From contig JAZDKJ010000006.1 in NCBI GenBank assembly GCA_043803105.1, positions 448,001-512,000 of the forward strand: a stretch of DNA of 64,000 nucleotides, given 5' to 3'. Made by a program: the position numbers and the translations under genes. The notes beneath the pieces were generated by a model. It saw only the letters and a list, made by a program, of their open reading frames with translations, made no database searches and was not told the origin of the DNA. This document shows positions 27,687-37,926 of the stretch, in pieces. Position 1 is the first letter of the stretch. Every line of letters starts with the position of its first letter. The stretch is from Candidatus Woesearchaeota archaeon. GTDB lineage: Archaea > Nanobdellota > Nanobdellia > Woesearchaeales > JAZDKJ01.

Positions 27687-29258
27687 ATGCCAAGTACAAT
27701 GAAACAGCACCTAATAATATTATTCCTACTTCTTTTCAACACGGCACTAAGGCTCCCCCTAAGCATGCACTTAATACGAAACAATGACAGTATCTTTATT
27801 CTTGGCGCGGTACGTTCCATAATTCATCACGGGTATCTAGTATGGAATTCTACTATATTCTCTCCTTTTGGGTTAAGTACATTTTCTTATCCTGTAGGTT
27901 ACCCTGTATGGTTGTCATTAATTACTCAAGTTCTAGGTCTGGATCCTGAAACTGTTGGAGTTCTCTTTTTTCTGATTGTTCTACCAATCTCTTTTTCTGT
28001 TTTTTATCTGATGTTGAGGAGAATATCCAACAATTTTGTTTTTATTTTCTCATCACTATTTCTACTTTACATAACTCCAAATATCTTTCTAAATTCCTCT
28101 GCTATAATAACAGCCAGACAACTGTATATTTACATCCTAGGGCCAGCGGTGTTGTTTATGTTCCAGAAGTATATTGATAAGCCCACCTTCAAGACTTTAG
28201 TTTTCCTGATTATTATATCATTAGTTATGTTTTTGGTACATCGGCTTGGATTTATTCTTGTTGCTCTTGTTCTCATTATTTACTTGATAATCAGATTGCA
28301 CAGCAAAACAAAAATAATATTGCAAGAAAAATTGATTGCAATTTCTTTAGGTTTTTTCATGATTTTAATGTTGATGCTACAGGTTTTGGATTTAAGAATC
28401 TGGCAAAAATTATTCTACTCCAACCTCAGTGACTATTATCTGTACAACACACAAAACATCCTATTGACAAAACTGATTGCCACTGGATACAAGATCCTCA
28501 ATTCTGTGGGTATTTCTTGGTTCTTAGTTGCAATAGGAATATTTTTCTTGATAAAAAGGGCACGCAAAATGGAGGTTCTAATATGCTTTATAGGTTTCTT
28601 GATTACTACACTGCTTATTAATTGGGTTTATTTTCCTTATGTTGTCTACCTTTTTATGGTTCCTTTGGCCGGATTAATTATTACTGAAGCGTGTAATTTC
28701 ATACCGGGCAGAAGAACTAAAATTGTCTTTCTCATACTTGTTTATGTTATGGCTTTTGGCTTGATAATGTACAAAATCAATTATAATTATCGTCAAACTT
28801 ATACACCTTGGAATGACAATATATACAGTTTCACCGATTATTACAGTGACAATTACCACTGCGAGGCTATGAGCTCAAACGACAACGAATTGCTATTTAT
28901 GATTCAAGCAAAAGTTGACTGTCCCGTATTTGGAAAGCCAAGAAACATGATGCTGGTAAATAGTTCAAAACAGGATAGTCCTCTTATTGTATCCAAAATT
29001 GACGATGTATTATTTAAGAAACAGGTCTTTGGATCATCGGACGAGGAGCTGTTCTTTAACTCTTACTATGACCTCAATATGGACAAATTGTCTCCTCAAT
29101 TGCAAAGAAGATTTGGGTTGCGTTATTATTTGCAAAATGAAGAAAGTGGCTTATTTAACAATTATGATCAGTATATCCCTGCTAAAATTCTTTTGCGGTT
29201 GAGCTCCCGAAATAATAAATTATATGATAACGGAAAACAGGCATTTTGGAGGATTTAG
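27687..29258 (+). CDS. Polytopic membrane protein (GT-C / polymerase-like)
   Basis: About 11-12 TM, N-terminal ND..SYPVGYP motif, soluble C-terminal domain ending KLYDNG; inside the glycosylation operon. Confidence 0.6.
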   Translation: MPSTMKQHLIILFLLLFNTALRLPLSMHLIRNNDSIFILGAVRSIIHHGYLVWNSTIFSPFGLSTFSYPVGYPVWLSLITQVLGLDPETVGVLFFLIVLPISFSVFYLMLRRISNNFVFIFSSLFLLYITPNIFLNSSAIITARQLYIYILGPAVLFMFQKYIDKPTFKTLVFLIIISLVMFLVHRLGFILVALVLIIYLIIRLHSKTKIILQEKLIAISLGFFMILMLMLQVLDLRIWQKLFYSNLSDYYLYNTQNILLTKLIATGYKILNSVGISWFLVAIGIFFLIKRARKMEVLICFIGFLITTLLINWVYFPYVVYLFMVPLAGLIITEACNFIPGRRTKIVFLILVYVMAFGLIMYKINYNYRQTYTPWNDNIYSFTDYYSDNYHCEAMSSNDNELLFMIQAKVDCPVFGKPRNMMLVNSSKQDSPLIVSKIDDVLFKKQVFGSSDEELFFNSYYDLNMDKLSPQLQRRFGLRYYLQNEESGLFNNYDQYIPAKILLRLSSRNNKLYDNGKQAFWRI

Positions 29259-29259
29259 A

Positions 29260-30264
29260 ATGAAAATTCGATTCATAAAACGCAAGTCTTTCACTGGTGG
29301 TGAGTCATACGAGAAGATATTGGAAGATGTTCTGAGAAAGCATTACGATTTCAATTCTACTGCTATTAACATCAAAACTAAGCTGAACAATAGGAATAAT
29401 TTGTTATACAATATTAAAAGAATTGTTCCACGCCTATATTTGGCCTGTAAACTAATCTTCATTAAAAAGGGAGATGATATTGTGATTCGTGATTTCTTTG
29501 GAGCAGCTTTTCTTGCTTGCAACTACAAAGCCAGCAAAGTAAACGTAGTTTTGGTACACCATATTGACAAAACGGTTTTAACCCATAAATGGATGTATGG
29601 TCTGCTGGAATTTATGTTCTACAGGAATCTTAAGTATGCAGACTACATAGTAACTGTGTCGCAAACTTGGAAGAAAATCTTCGAAAATCGAGGTTTCCAT
29701 AATGTTAGAGTGATTGAGAATGCCTTTGATATCTCTGATTTTAGTATCACTGATACAGAGGTTTCAAAATTCAAAAGAAAATATGGACTTCATGATAAAC
29801 CAGTTATTTATCTCGGAAATTGTCAAGAGGCAAAGGGAGTAAAAGAGGCTTTTGAAGCCCTTAAGGACCTAAATGTTTATCTAGTAACTAGCGGAAAACA
29901 ATGGGTTAACATTCCCGCTCAGAATCTTGATTTACCGTATAGGGATTACCTAACTCTGCTTAAATCTTCTACCATAGTACTAACCATGTCAAAATTCAAT
30001 GAAGGATGGTGTAGAACTGCTCACGAAGCAATGTTACTTGGCACACCGGTGATAGGAAGCGGTAGAGGTGGAATGCACGACCTTTTGACAGGTGGTGGTC
30101 AAATTATTTGTAACTTTGACGACCTAAAAGAAAAAGTTGAATTGCTTCTGTCGAAAAAATATCTTTACGAGAAGCATTCCCGGCAAGGTCAGAGATTTGC
30201 TAAAAAATTTGATTTGAAACGTTTTGAAAGTCGATGGATTAATTTCATTGAATCCATTTATTGA
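29260..30264 (+). CDS. Glycosyltransferase family 4
   Basis: TGGESYE, KG, EGWCRTAHEAMLLGTPVI. Confidence 0.87.
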   Translation: MKIRFIKRKSFTGGESYEKILEDVLRKHYDFNSTAINIKTKLNNRNNLLYNIKRIVPRLYLACKLIFIKKGDDIVIRDFFGAAFLACNYKASKVNVVLVHHIDKTVLTHKWMYGLLEFMFYRNLKYADYIVTVSQTWKKIFENRGFHNVRVIENAFDISDFSITDTEVSKFKRKYGLHDKPVIYLGNCQEAKGVKEAFEALKDLNVYLVTSGKQWVNIPAQNLDLPYRDYLTLLKSSTIVLTMSKFNEGWCRTAHEAMLLGTPVIGSGRGGMHDLLTGGGQIICNFDDLKEKVELLLSKKYLYEKHSRQGQRFAKKFDLKRFESRWINFIESIY

Positions 30265-30303
30265 ACAATTTGAATAGCTTATGGGATATATTTTTGGTGT
30301 CAA

Positions 30304-31722
30304 ATGACAGAGATTAGTAAGATAATCAAGAACACAGGAATCCTGTTTACAGGTAACATTCTGCTTAAGGCACTAACCTTCTTCCTAACGATTATTATAT
30401 CAAGAAACTTGGGAGTTGCTTCCTTTGGAGAATTTAGCTTTATCGTGTCTTTTACCGCGCTGTTCAGTGTAGTTAGCGACCTCGGTATCAAGGTGATGTC
30501 AAAAAGAGAACTTTCCGTTGAGAAACAAGATAACACAAACTTAGTTTTCAATTCAATTCTTGCCAAAGCCTTTTTGTCAGTGTCAATGATTGTGGCGATT
30601 GTCATATTCTCTTTTGTTTTGGGGTTTAAAGGTGAGTTAAACCTTCTATTGTTAATGAGCCTATGTGTCATCCTAATGTCTTTCTCTGATTATTTCAACT
30701 TTGTGTTTCAAGCGTTTGATAACATGTCTTATGGTATAATAGCTCAAGCAGAAAGAGTTATATTACGCTTGGTGCTCACCTTTCTCTTTCTATCCATTGG
30801 ATTGGGATTGTGGGGAATCTTAGTAGCCTATTTGATTGCCTGCTTAGTGGAGTTAGCCACTCTCATAATACTGTATCATATCCGGGTAAAAAGGCTGACA
30901 CTAAATTTTGATTTAAGATCAACGAAAAGAATTATCATTGCTTCTTTGCCACTGGGAGGTACACTGTTTTTCACCATGTTATATTTTAAGATTGATATGA
31001 CTATGCTCTTTTATTTTAGGGGCGAGATCGAATCTGGTATATATGGAGCTGCTTACAATCTTCTTGACATGCTACAATTTATCCCATTATCCTTAACTGC
31101 TGCATTGGCTCCATGCGCCACAAGATATTTCGTTTGTAGTCGAAGGAAATTGGCCAGGTTATATCATGATGCGTCAAAATATATGATACTAATTTCAGTA
31201 CCTACCGCCTTTGGTTTTCTAGCTTTGGGAGACAAAATAATAAGTTTATTGTACGGTAATGAATTCACTTCAGCTACACCAGTTGCGCGTTTGTTGATAT
31301 TTGCAGCTATTCCTCTATTCCTCAATTACGTTTCAACATCAATCCTTGTGGCCAGTCACCATGAGAAATTCAATTTATATTCTATGATTGTGGCCTTTGT
31401 TATTAATATCGTTGGTAATTTGATTCTAATCCCTTTATACGGTATTTATGGAGCAACATTTTCGACTTTGTTATGTGAGATACTACTGCTTATAGGCAAC
31501 ACTTGGTACATTACTAGTAAACTGTTTAAAATAAATCTTGCAAGTTACTTCTGGATACCAATTCTCTTGAGCTTCGCTACAAGTATAGTCCTTCGGTTAC
31601 TAAGCTGGCTTAACACCTTTCTTTTAATTCTGATCGGCGTCGTGACTTACTCATTACTTTTGTATATTTTTGGGGTCGTGAAAGAGAAAGACTTAACCAT
31701 ATTCAGGTCGATAATAAAATGA
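30304..31722 (+). CDS. Oligosaccharide flippase (Wzx/AglR-like, MOP superfamily)
   Basis: IIKNTG..RNLG..FG..DLG..IDMTML..GIYGAA..LNYV..NLILIPLYGIYGA. Confidence 0.92.
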   Translation: MTEISKIIKNTGILFTGNILLKALTFFLTIIISRNLGVASFGEFSFIVSFTALFSVVSDLGIKVMSKRELSVEKQDNTNLVFNSILAKAFLSVSMIVAIVIFSFVLGFKGELNLLLLMSLCVILMSFSDYFNFVFQAFDNMSYGIIAQAERVILRLVLTFLFLSIGLGLWGILVAYLIACLVELATLIILYHIRVKRLTLNFDLRSTKRIIIASLPLGGTLFFTMLYFKIDMTMLFYFRGEIESGIYGAAYNLLDMLQFIPLSLTAALAPCATRYFVCSRRKLARLYHDASKYMILISVPTAFGFLALGDKIISLLYGNEFTSATPVARLLIFAAIPLFLNYVSTSILVASHHEKFNLYSMIVAFVINIVGNLILIPLYGIYGATFSTLLCEILLLIGNTWYITSKLFKINLASYFWIPILLSFATSIVLRLLSWLNTFLLILIGVVTYSLLLYIFGVVKEKDLTIFRSIIK

Positions 31723-32735
31723 AGATGAAATACTCCAAAGGTTTCGGAAGCTTTGTAGTACGACTTGCTATCTTTGTAGTTATTGCAATATCAATTTGGA
31801 TTACCATTAAAGTTTTTTTAACAAATTCACCATTATTTAACAGGTTGTTTTTTCTTCCTGATTCTTTTTATCCTTATTCCAAAGCAAGAGTGGGCAATAT
31901 TTTATTATTGTTTGCGGTTTGCGTCATTTTGTACAATAAGAATAATTTGCTGCAGATAAAGTATTTTCCTCCTCAATATAAAGAATCAATTACCTTTTCT
32001 CTTTTTAGCATATTATTGCTTGCGTTTCATTACTATACTAGGTACATTATTAGGAATACTCTCGCTTATTTTTCAAATCATATTATCCTTGCCGTACTAA
32101 TCAAGGAGTCAACACTGGTACTTTTTGTGTGTTCGTTATTAATTGCATCTTTTGGCACAAAGGTAATAAAACACCTTATTACCAAGTACTACCTGCAACT
32201 ACTTGTTTTTCTTCCTTTAAGCGTAGCTTACTATATAATTACAAGTATATTTGAGAACATTTGGCCTTTCTTTTCACGTACCGTAACCATAATTCTGCAA
32301 TTTGTTTACAGTGTCGCTGGTTACAATGCCACCTACCATTTCACAACTACAGGGGTGGTTCTTAACATAAACAATTTTAGTGTGTCCATCGGGAAGCCTT
32401 GCTCAGGAATCGACTCGCTTCTTCTTTTCCTGGTACTATGCACTTTAATCTTTATCTTGGATTTTCATGACATGCGAAAAATCTTGTTTGTCCTATCGGT
32501 AATCACCGGAATTTTTGGAGTCTTTGCCTTGAATATTTTACGCATTTTCTTATTATTGTTAGTAGGATTGCATATATCTCCAAAGCTGTCAACCGGCCTC
32601 TTCCACACAAACATCGGATGGATACTCTTCATAATGTACTTCTTCATCTTCTGGTGGATTGCTTCTAGGTTTGTTTACAAGAAATCTAATACCCATTCGG
32701 ATGTTTCATCTTCCACTCCCAAGCAGAAGAAATGA
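31719..32735 (+). CDS. Exosortase/archaeosortase family transpeptidase
   Basis: About 8 TM; catalytic triad motifs SIGKPCSGIDS (Cys), LNILRI (Arg), FHTNIGW (His). Confidence 0.88.
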   Translation: MKMKYSKGFGSFVVRLAIFVVIAISIWITIKVFLTNSPLFNRLFFLPDSFYPYSKARVGNILLLFAVCVILYNKNNLLQIKYFPPQYKESITFSLFSILLLAFHYYTRYIIRNTLAYFSNHIILAVLIKESTLVLFVCSLLIASFGTKVIKHLITKYYLQLLVFLPLSVAYYIITSIFENIWPFFSRTVTIILQFVYSVAGYNATYHFTTTGVVLNINNFSVSIGKPCSGIDSLLLFLVLCTLIFILDFHDMRKILFVLSVITGIFGVFALNILRIFLLLLVGLHISPKLSTGLFHTNIGWILFIMYFFIFWWIASRFVYKKSNTHSDVSSSTPKQKK

Positions 32736-32806
32736 TATCCTTCAATCGTATCTGGGTTTCCAGCTTTCTTGGAGGTTTGCAAAAATTTATTTAGCAAATC
32801 GAGATT

Positions 32807-33175
32807 TTAGCCTACAATGCATACGCTTTCAGAGTCCGGTAATGATTCAGTTATGACCTGCTTGATTATTGGATTTTTCTCGATTATTTTGTTTCTTGAT
32901 TTTATCTTGAATAGAAGTCTTATTTCAATTTTTCCTTCGCTTAGCATTGCTTTGTATTCCCATCTGGGTATTTTCATCAGGATCTCTTTTTTTAAATTTA
33001 AGAATTTTGAGGCTTCAAATATCTGTATTCCCACCACAAATCCTTCTTGGTCAATGTCTACTGTGATGTTGTCCATTTCAACAGATTTCTTGTATTCACG
33101 ATTTTTTGATTTTAAAAAAAGGATATCATGTTTATAATCATAGTCTGATTCTCCCGTTGTTTTTAGATTTTTCAT
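32807..33175 (-). CDS. DUF2283-like protein (putative antitoxin)
   Basis: YDYKHDILFL..VDIDQEGFVVGIQIFEASK. Confidence 0.75.
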   Translation of the reverse strand: MKNLKTTGESDYDYKHDILFLKSKNREYKKSVEMDNITVDIDQEGFVVGIQIFEASKFLNLKKEILMKIPRWEYKAMLSEGKIEIRLLFKIKSRNKIIEKNPIIKQVITESLPDSESVCIVG

Positions 33176-33510
33176 TTTATCACCGGAACATCTTTCTTGT
33201 TTGTAACATAAAATGTGACAATTTCAATTGAATTTACCGAAATGTCCAATAACATCTTTATTATTTGACCTGTTGTAAAGTCATAATACGCCACATAAAG
33301 TCCATTATTCTGTTTTCCAACGAGTATTGGCTGTTTTTCAACAATATATCCTATTAGGTCCTCTTGTTTAATAACCTTTCTTTGTTTTTCACTCAATCTG
33401 AAAAATGCATGGCTTGAGCATTTAATTCCTTTGAGTGTATATTGGTTTACGATGGTAAGAAAGTCTTCAGTGACAATTCTTTCCTTGATCTTATGTCCTT
33501 CTGTTACCAT
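33172..33510 (-). CDS. DUF4258-like putative toxin
   Basis: SSHAFFRL..IEIVTFY; overlaps the DUF2283 gene. Confidence 0.55.
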   Translation of the reverse strand: MVTEGHKIKERIVTEDFLTIVNQYTLKGIKCSSHAFFRLSEKQRKVIKQEDLIGYIVEKQPILVGKQNNGLYVAYYDFTTGQIIKMLLDISVNSIEIVTFYVTNKKDVPVIK

Positions 33511-33687
33511 ATATTCTCGTTTGTAACATTGAAATTAGTTGTTAATAAGTATAGCCCATCATTTTCCGAAAATTTTCCAATTTGCGCAGATAAGTATAGT
33601 TTTACTTATCCTATATATAAAAAATATAATATAATAAGTATATAAATAACAACATTTAAATACTAGTATACATAAAAGTATATTGAT

Positions 33688-34185
33688 TTGGTTAAAGATG
33701 TAAATAAAGAGGTGACAGTTGGTAATCTTCTCAGTAAATACTCTGATGTAGAGATTTGTGACCTTATTGATGTCTTACAAGAGTACAGAAAGCAAAAAAC
33801 AGAGCTTGGAATTCCAATTTCTATTTTTAGCAATCCTGAACTCGGGATTCTTGAAAGTGCAGTAAAATTTCTTAAGGAAAATCATTCCATGTCTTACGCG
33901 GCCATAGCAAAGGCTCTCAATCGTGACCAAAGAACTATCTGGTGCTCATACCATTCCGCTAACAATAAGGAACCTTCAAGATTGCCGGTTCACAAAACCA
34001 CTTACCTGATACCTATATTGGTCATCTCGGAACGAAAATTCGGACCACTTGAAGCACTGGTTGTATTCTTAAGGGATAATCAGAAGTTAAGATTCACCGA
34101 AATTTCTCATATTTTACGACGTGACTATGCAACAATTTGGCGAACCTACCGTAATACAAGGAATACAAGAGGTCAAGATGTGTAA
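33688..34185 (+). CDS. Tandem-HTH DNA-binding protein
   Basis: Two repeats of LExxVxFLxxNxxLxxxxIxxxLxRDxxTIWxxY. Confidence 0.8.
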   Translation: MVKDVNKEVTVGNLLSKYSDVEICDLIDVLQEYRKQKTELGIPISIFSNPELGILESAVKFLKENHSMSYAAIAKALNRDQRTIWCSYHSANNKEPSRLPVHKTTYLIPILVISERKFGPLEALVVFLRDNQKLRFTEISHILRRDYATIWRTYRNTRNTRGQDV

Positions 34186-37100
34186 CCCAACCAACAAATC
34201 AAAAAAGCACACCACAAGTTATCTCAAGGTTTGCGTCAAGCTTAATGTGGGCATCTTGTTCATAGCGCTGCTTGTGCCAATAACGTTAGCAGTCCCAAAC
34301 TATGTACTGACAACTTCCAATGCAAACTATGTTGTAAATTCCACCACAGGACTTCTTGTTGAAGTGGTAAATTCCGCAACAGGACAAACTTACATTAATG
34401 GCACCAACGGTGTAACTTTTAGCGATTCTGCGAGTAATACTATCTTTGGCGCAGATTTCAAAAATCCACTAGTTTTAACGGCTAATTTCAAGTTAATCGA
34501 TTCAACAAGAATCGTTGCCGAACAGTCTCTCCCAGATTACAATATATCGTACAGCTATCAAACAATTGACAATGAATTCTTGGAAATGGGAGTTAAGATT
34601 ATCCGAAAAAATGCAAGCACTACTTCTAATTCGGAAATTCGCTTCGTATGGAAGTTAAATCCAGTATTTAGAAGGAATACTTATTTTACCCCCATAGATG
34701 GTGCCGATTTAAGCTTGAAGATGCGGACAAATACTTCAAGTGTTGTAATCCCTCGGAATTATTACAGAATCGGCGCTAATACTATCTATATTTTCAACAA
34801 TACAGAAGGATTATTGTTTGCTGTTCTCGCTCCAGAGACTATAAACTCGGAAACATCACCTTCTCACTTGGCAGATGAGTTTAGGTTTAATCCCACAGCA
34901 AATGAAGATTTTGAATGGAGAGTAAAAAGGATATTTTTTAACTCTACTTCAAGCAAAGTTGCTGTCTTTCAGGTAAATATTAGCATAATCGTCGGTAACA
35001 AACCTCAAGAAATGAAAGAAAAAATTTTCAAAACAATCTTTAATAAGACTAAATCACTTTTGGGTGATTGGTACCTTCTCGACTTGTCAACTTATCCAGA
35101 TTGGAGTAAAAATCAGACCAACACTTTAGCTGAACAAGGCATAAAATTAGTCGAGATTCAGAACTGGCAGTCAAACCCATTTATTATTGATAAGGGAAAT
35201 TGGAAAATCCCTGGAACCAACTATTCAACTAATGCTAGCCAACTAAATTCACTCTTAGATTATATGGTTTCAAAGGGCCTACACCCATTTCTCTATATGA
35301 TACCTATAAGTCTGAATCAAACCCTGGCGGAACATTATTTTCCATCCGACATTATAATCAATCAAAGTGGAGGGTTTGCACCATTTATTGATCATGGTTA
35401 TTACACAATGAGCCTCAACATGAATAGACTTTATGCAAAGAATAGAAGTCTCATGATTGATGTAATAACTGATACTTACCATAATATTTCGGGAATCTTT
35501 ATTGATAGAACGGAAATCAAAATTAACGACTACGCAAACGAACATGAATCCTCATCGGGAATACGTTTTTGGGATGGCAGTGTGAATAAGAGTTTCATAG
35601 GAACTTATGATGACTACAGAAAATTTCTGGAAAACATATCCGTAAGGTTAAAAACCAAAAACAAACTGCTTTGGTTAAACTCAGTAGGGAGTTCTACTGT
35701 TGCTAAGCTAGCTGATATTGTCACTATGGATGGGAACAGTGAAACTTTCTGGGAGGATTATGCCCTATTTGGCTTGGACAAGCACACTGCTCATCTGCCT
35801 AATGATGGTGAAACACAAGCAACAAGGCTCAACGCAACAATATTGTGGGGTGCTAATATGGGCTGGGATTCATTAGACCAATTCACACTTTTTCCACTAA
35901 ATAAAGACAAGAAACAATTGATTAGTATTGTTGCAAGCTCGAGATTTGTTAAGCATGAAGTCTCTCTTGACAATAAATTGTATTATGTGGAATACGATAA
36001 AGTAATTACAACGGTTGGAAGCTGCAATTATACTGCTGTTCGAAAAGAAGATTTTTACTTCTTGAATAATCATACTATAATTATGCGTAACATCACCAAC
36101 CTTAACTGGAAATTCAGCAAAGGACCGTCAGGTAGCATAACAAATGTTATTTGGTTCGGCAACTTTGGTATCTACAACCTTTCAGAGTCAAACGGTCTAG
36201 CCGTAGCGCAAAACGCTTCTGGCAATGTTATTGATGCTCTGGTGCCTATATGGATATCCTCCAGTTCAAATAATGAGTCCAAAAATATCGACTCAAACCT
36301 AACAAAGACCGTAAATATTACAACAACCTTCAATGTTGAAAATTGCTCGATAGCTAAAATAAATTATACTTCTCATACCGGTTCATATTTCAAAAACTGG
36401 AACAGTGCTAATTTGACTTGTTCTAATAACAAAATTACGTTGAATCTCACTGGGGTCGAACCCGCCCAAGGAAGTAATACTTTACGAATTACATACTCTG
36501 GTCCACCTGTCTGCGGAGATTCTTCCTGCAACGGTAATGAGACCTGTGGCTCTTGCAGTCAGGATTGTGGTGTGTGCCTGTTCTGCGGCGATAGCTCCTG
36601 TAACAATGGAGAATCCTGCTCTTCCTGCCCGGCAGATTGTGGAGTTTGCCACAGTAGTGGCGGAGGCGGAGGCAGCTCCATAGCAATCAAACCCAAGCGA
36701 GACAGCAATATCAGCAAACAAAACGTCACTTTGTCGGCTCGCAATACAACCATAATTCAAAATAAAACAAAAGAAATCAAATCGTTAGACATCGTAACAC
36801 CAGTCACTCAAGATAATCCAACAACAAAACCAAACATTACTGAACAGCCAGCAAGAATAAACAAGGATAACAGAACCATCCCAATAATAGCAGTCTCAGC
36901 AGTAATTAGCGCAATCCTGACCTTGAGCATAGTAGGATTGCATAAGAAACAACACAAAGTAGCCAAACCCGTCACTAACTCATATCCAGCAGCAAAGCCT
37001 TATCCAGTCCTTACCTATGTCAAGATAAGCCAGCAAGCAAAGCCCGTCATGCCTCAAGTAGCTAAGCCAGTCTCAATCATACTGCCAAAAGAGCATCCTT

Positions 37101-37300
37101 ATCTTGAGGCAGTCAACCAAAGGTTAAGTGAAAGCTTCGGAGATATTGAACCAGTAGATAATAACCTTAAGGAACAGTTAAAGCAGTGGATTATCCAGGC
37201 AAAGAGTAAAGACGTAAGTGAAGAGTACATCAAGCTCCAACTGGAGAATGCAGGCTGGGATTGGCACTATGTGCAGGTTATAATGAATGAGCAGAACTAA
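34178..37300 (+). CDS. Large membrane-anchored surface protein with a possible glycoside-hydrolase-like barrel, Cys-rich repeats and a cytoplasmic tail
   Basis: Signal-like N-terminus; many N-x-S/T sequons; GLHPFLYM..SGIFIDR..LWLNS; two CGDSSCNxxExCxSCxxDCG repeats; SSGGGGGS linker; TM; tail LKQWI..IKLQLENAGW. Confidence 0.75.
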   Translation: MCNPTNKSKKHTTSYLKVCVKLNVGILFIALLVPITLAVPNYVLTTSNANYVVNSTTGLLVEVVNSATGQTYINGTNGVTFSDSASNTIFGADFKNPLVLTANFKLIDSTRIVAEQSLPDYNISYSYQTIDNEFLEMGVKIIRKNASTTSNSEIRFVWKLNPVFRRNTYFTPIDGADLSLKMRTNTSSVVIPRNYYRIGANTIYIFNNTEGLLFAVLAPETINSETSPSHLADEFRFNPTANEDFEWRVKRIFFNSTSSKVAVFQVNISIIVGNKPQEMKEKIFKTIFNKTKSLLGDWYLLDLSTYPDWSKNQTNTLAEQGIKLVEIQNWQSNPFIIDKGNWKIPGTNYSTNASQLNSLLDYMVSKGLHPFLYMIPISLNQTLAEHYFPSDIIINQSGGFAPFIDHGYYTMSLNMNRLYAKNRSLMIDVITDTYHNISGIFIDRTEIKINDYANEHESSSGIRFWDGSVNKSFIGTYDDYRKFLENISVRLKTKNKLLWLNSVGSSTVAKLADIVTMDGNSETFWEDYALFGLDKHTAHLPNDGETQATRLNATILWGANMGWDSLDQFTLFPLNKDKKQLISIVASSRFVKHEVSLDNKLYYVEYDKVITTVGSCNYTAVRKEDFYFLNNHTIIMRNITNLNWKFSKGPSGSITNVIWFGNFGIYNLSESNGLAVAQNASGNVIDALVPIWISSSSNNESKNIDSNLTKTVNITTTFNVENCSIAKINYTSHTGSYFKNWNSANLTCSNNKITLNLTGVEPAQGSNTLRITYSGPPVCGDSSCNGNETCGSCSQDCGVCLFCGDSSCNNGESCSSCPADCGVCHSSGGGGGSSIAIKPKRDSNISKQNVTLSARNTTIIQNKTKEIKSLDIVTPVTQDNPTTKPNITEQPARINKDNRTIPIIAVSAVISAILTLSIVGLHKKQHKVAKPVTNSYPAAKPYPVLTYVKISQQAKPVMPQVAKPVSIILPKEHPYLEAVNQRLSESFGDIEPVDNNLKEQLKQWIIQAKSKDVSEEYIKLQLENAGWDWHYVQVIMNEQN

Positions 37301-37373
37301 AACACAGCAACCCGGATATTTCACGGATTTTCTAACGTAAAGTTAATAAAGTTAAACTCATTATTGTCTCTTT

Positions 37374-37541
37374 ATGGCAACATCGATAGATTCAATCCAT
37401 AGGGACATCCTGGAACTTAAGAAAGATGTTGAGGTAATCAAGGATATCCTTAAGGAGGATTTTGAGTTGAGTGATACTGCCAAGAAGAGATTGGCCCAGG
37501 CTAGGAACACTCCTGAATCTGAATATATTGCACTGGAATGA
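37374..37541 (+). CDS. Putative antitoxin (partner of RelE)
   Basis: Manual translation MATSIDSIHRDILELKKDVEVIKDILKEDFELSDTAKKRLAQARNTPESEYIALE; ATGA overlap with RelE. Confidence 0.75.
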   Translation: MATSIDSIHRDILELKKDVEVIKDILKEDFELSDTAKKRLAQARNTPESEYIALE

Positions 37542-37804
37542 GTTTTGAAGTAAGATTGCATCCTGATGTGAATCGTTTTCTTGAAAAATGCAATCTTTCC
37601 CTTAAAGAAAGAATAGTCAGTAAATTACGTTTATTAAAGGAAAACCCTGAGCATTATCTAGACCATTTGCAAGGTACAGACTATGCCAAATTGCGGATTG
37701 GAGATTACAGATGCTTAATCGATCTGGATTTGAAACGCAAGATTGTGTTTGTAAGAGTCATTGATCATAGGAGAAGGATTTACCAAAAAATACCTGAATC
37801 ATGA
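37538..37804 (+). CDS. RelE/ParE family toxin
   Basis: FEVRLH..RFLEK..KLRIGDYRCLI..VIDHRRRIY. Confidence 0.88.
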   Translation: MSFEVRLHPDVNRFLEKCNLSLKERIVSKLRLLKENPEHYLDHLQGTDYAKLRIGDYRCLIDLDLKRKIVFVRVIDHRRRIYQKIPES

Positions 37805-37926
37805 TTTGTGGTTTTCCCATTGGTCTCTTGCAATTTTGTTTACAAGAAAAGATCATTAAGGGAAAGAATTGGTTTACAGGCTTGCAGCTATTCCAAATAA
37901 TGATTCAAAAAAGACGAATTACTGCG

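Noticed and set aside
36505-36680. Cys-rich repeat plus Gly linker as a PEF/PGF-type sorting region
   Set aside because: No PEF or PGF motif precedes the TM, and a long cytoplasmic tail follows it.
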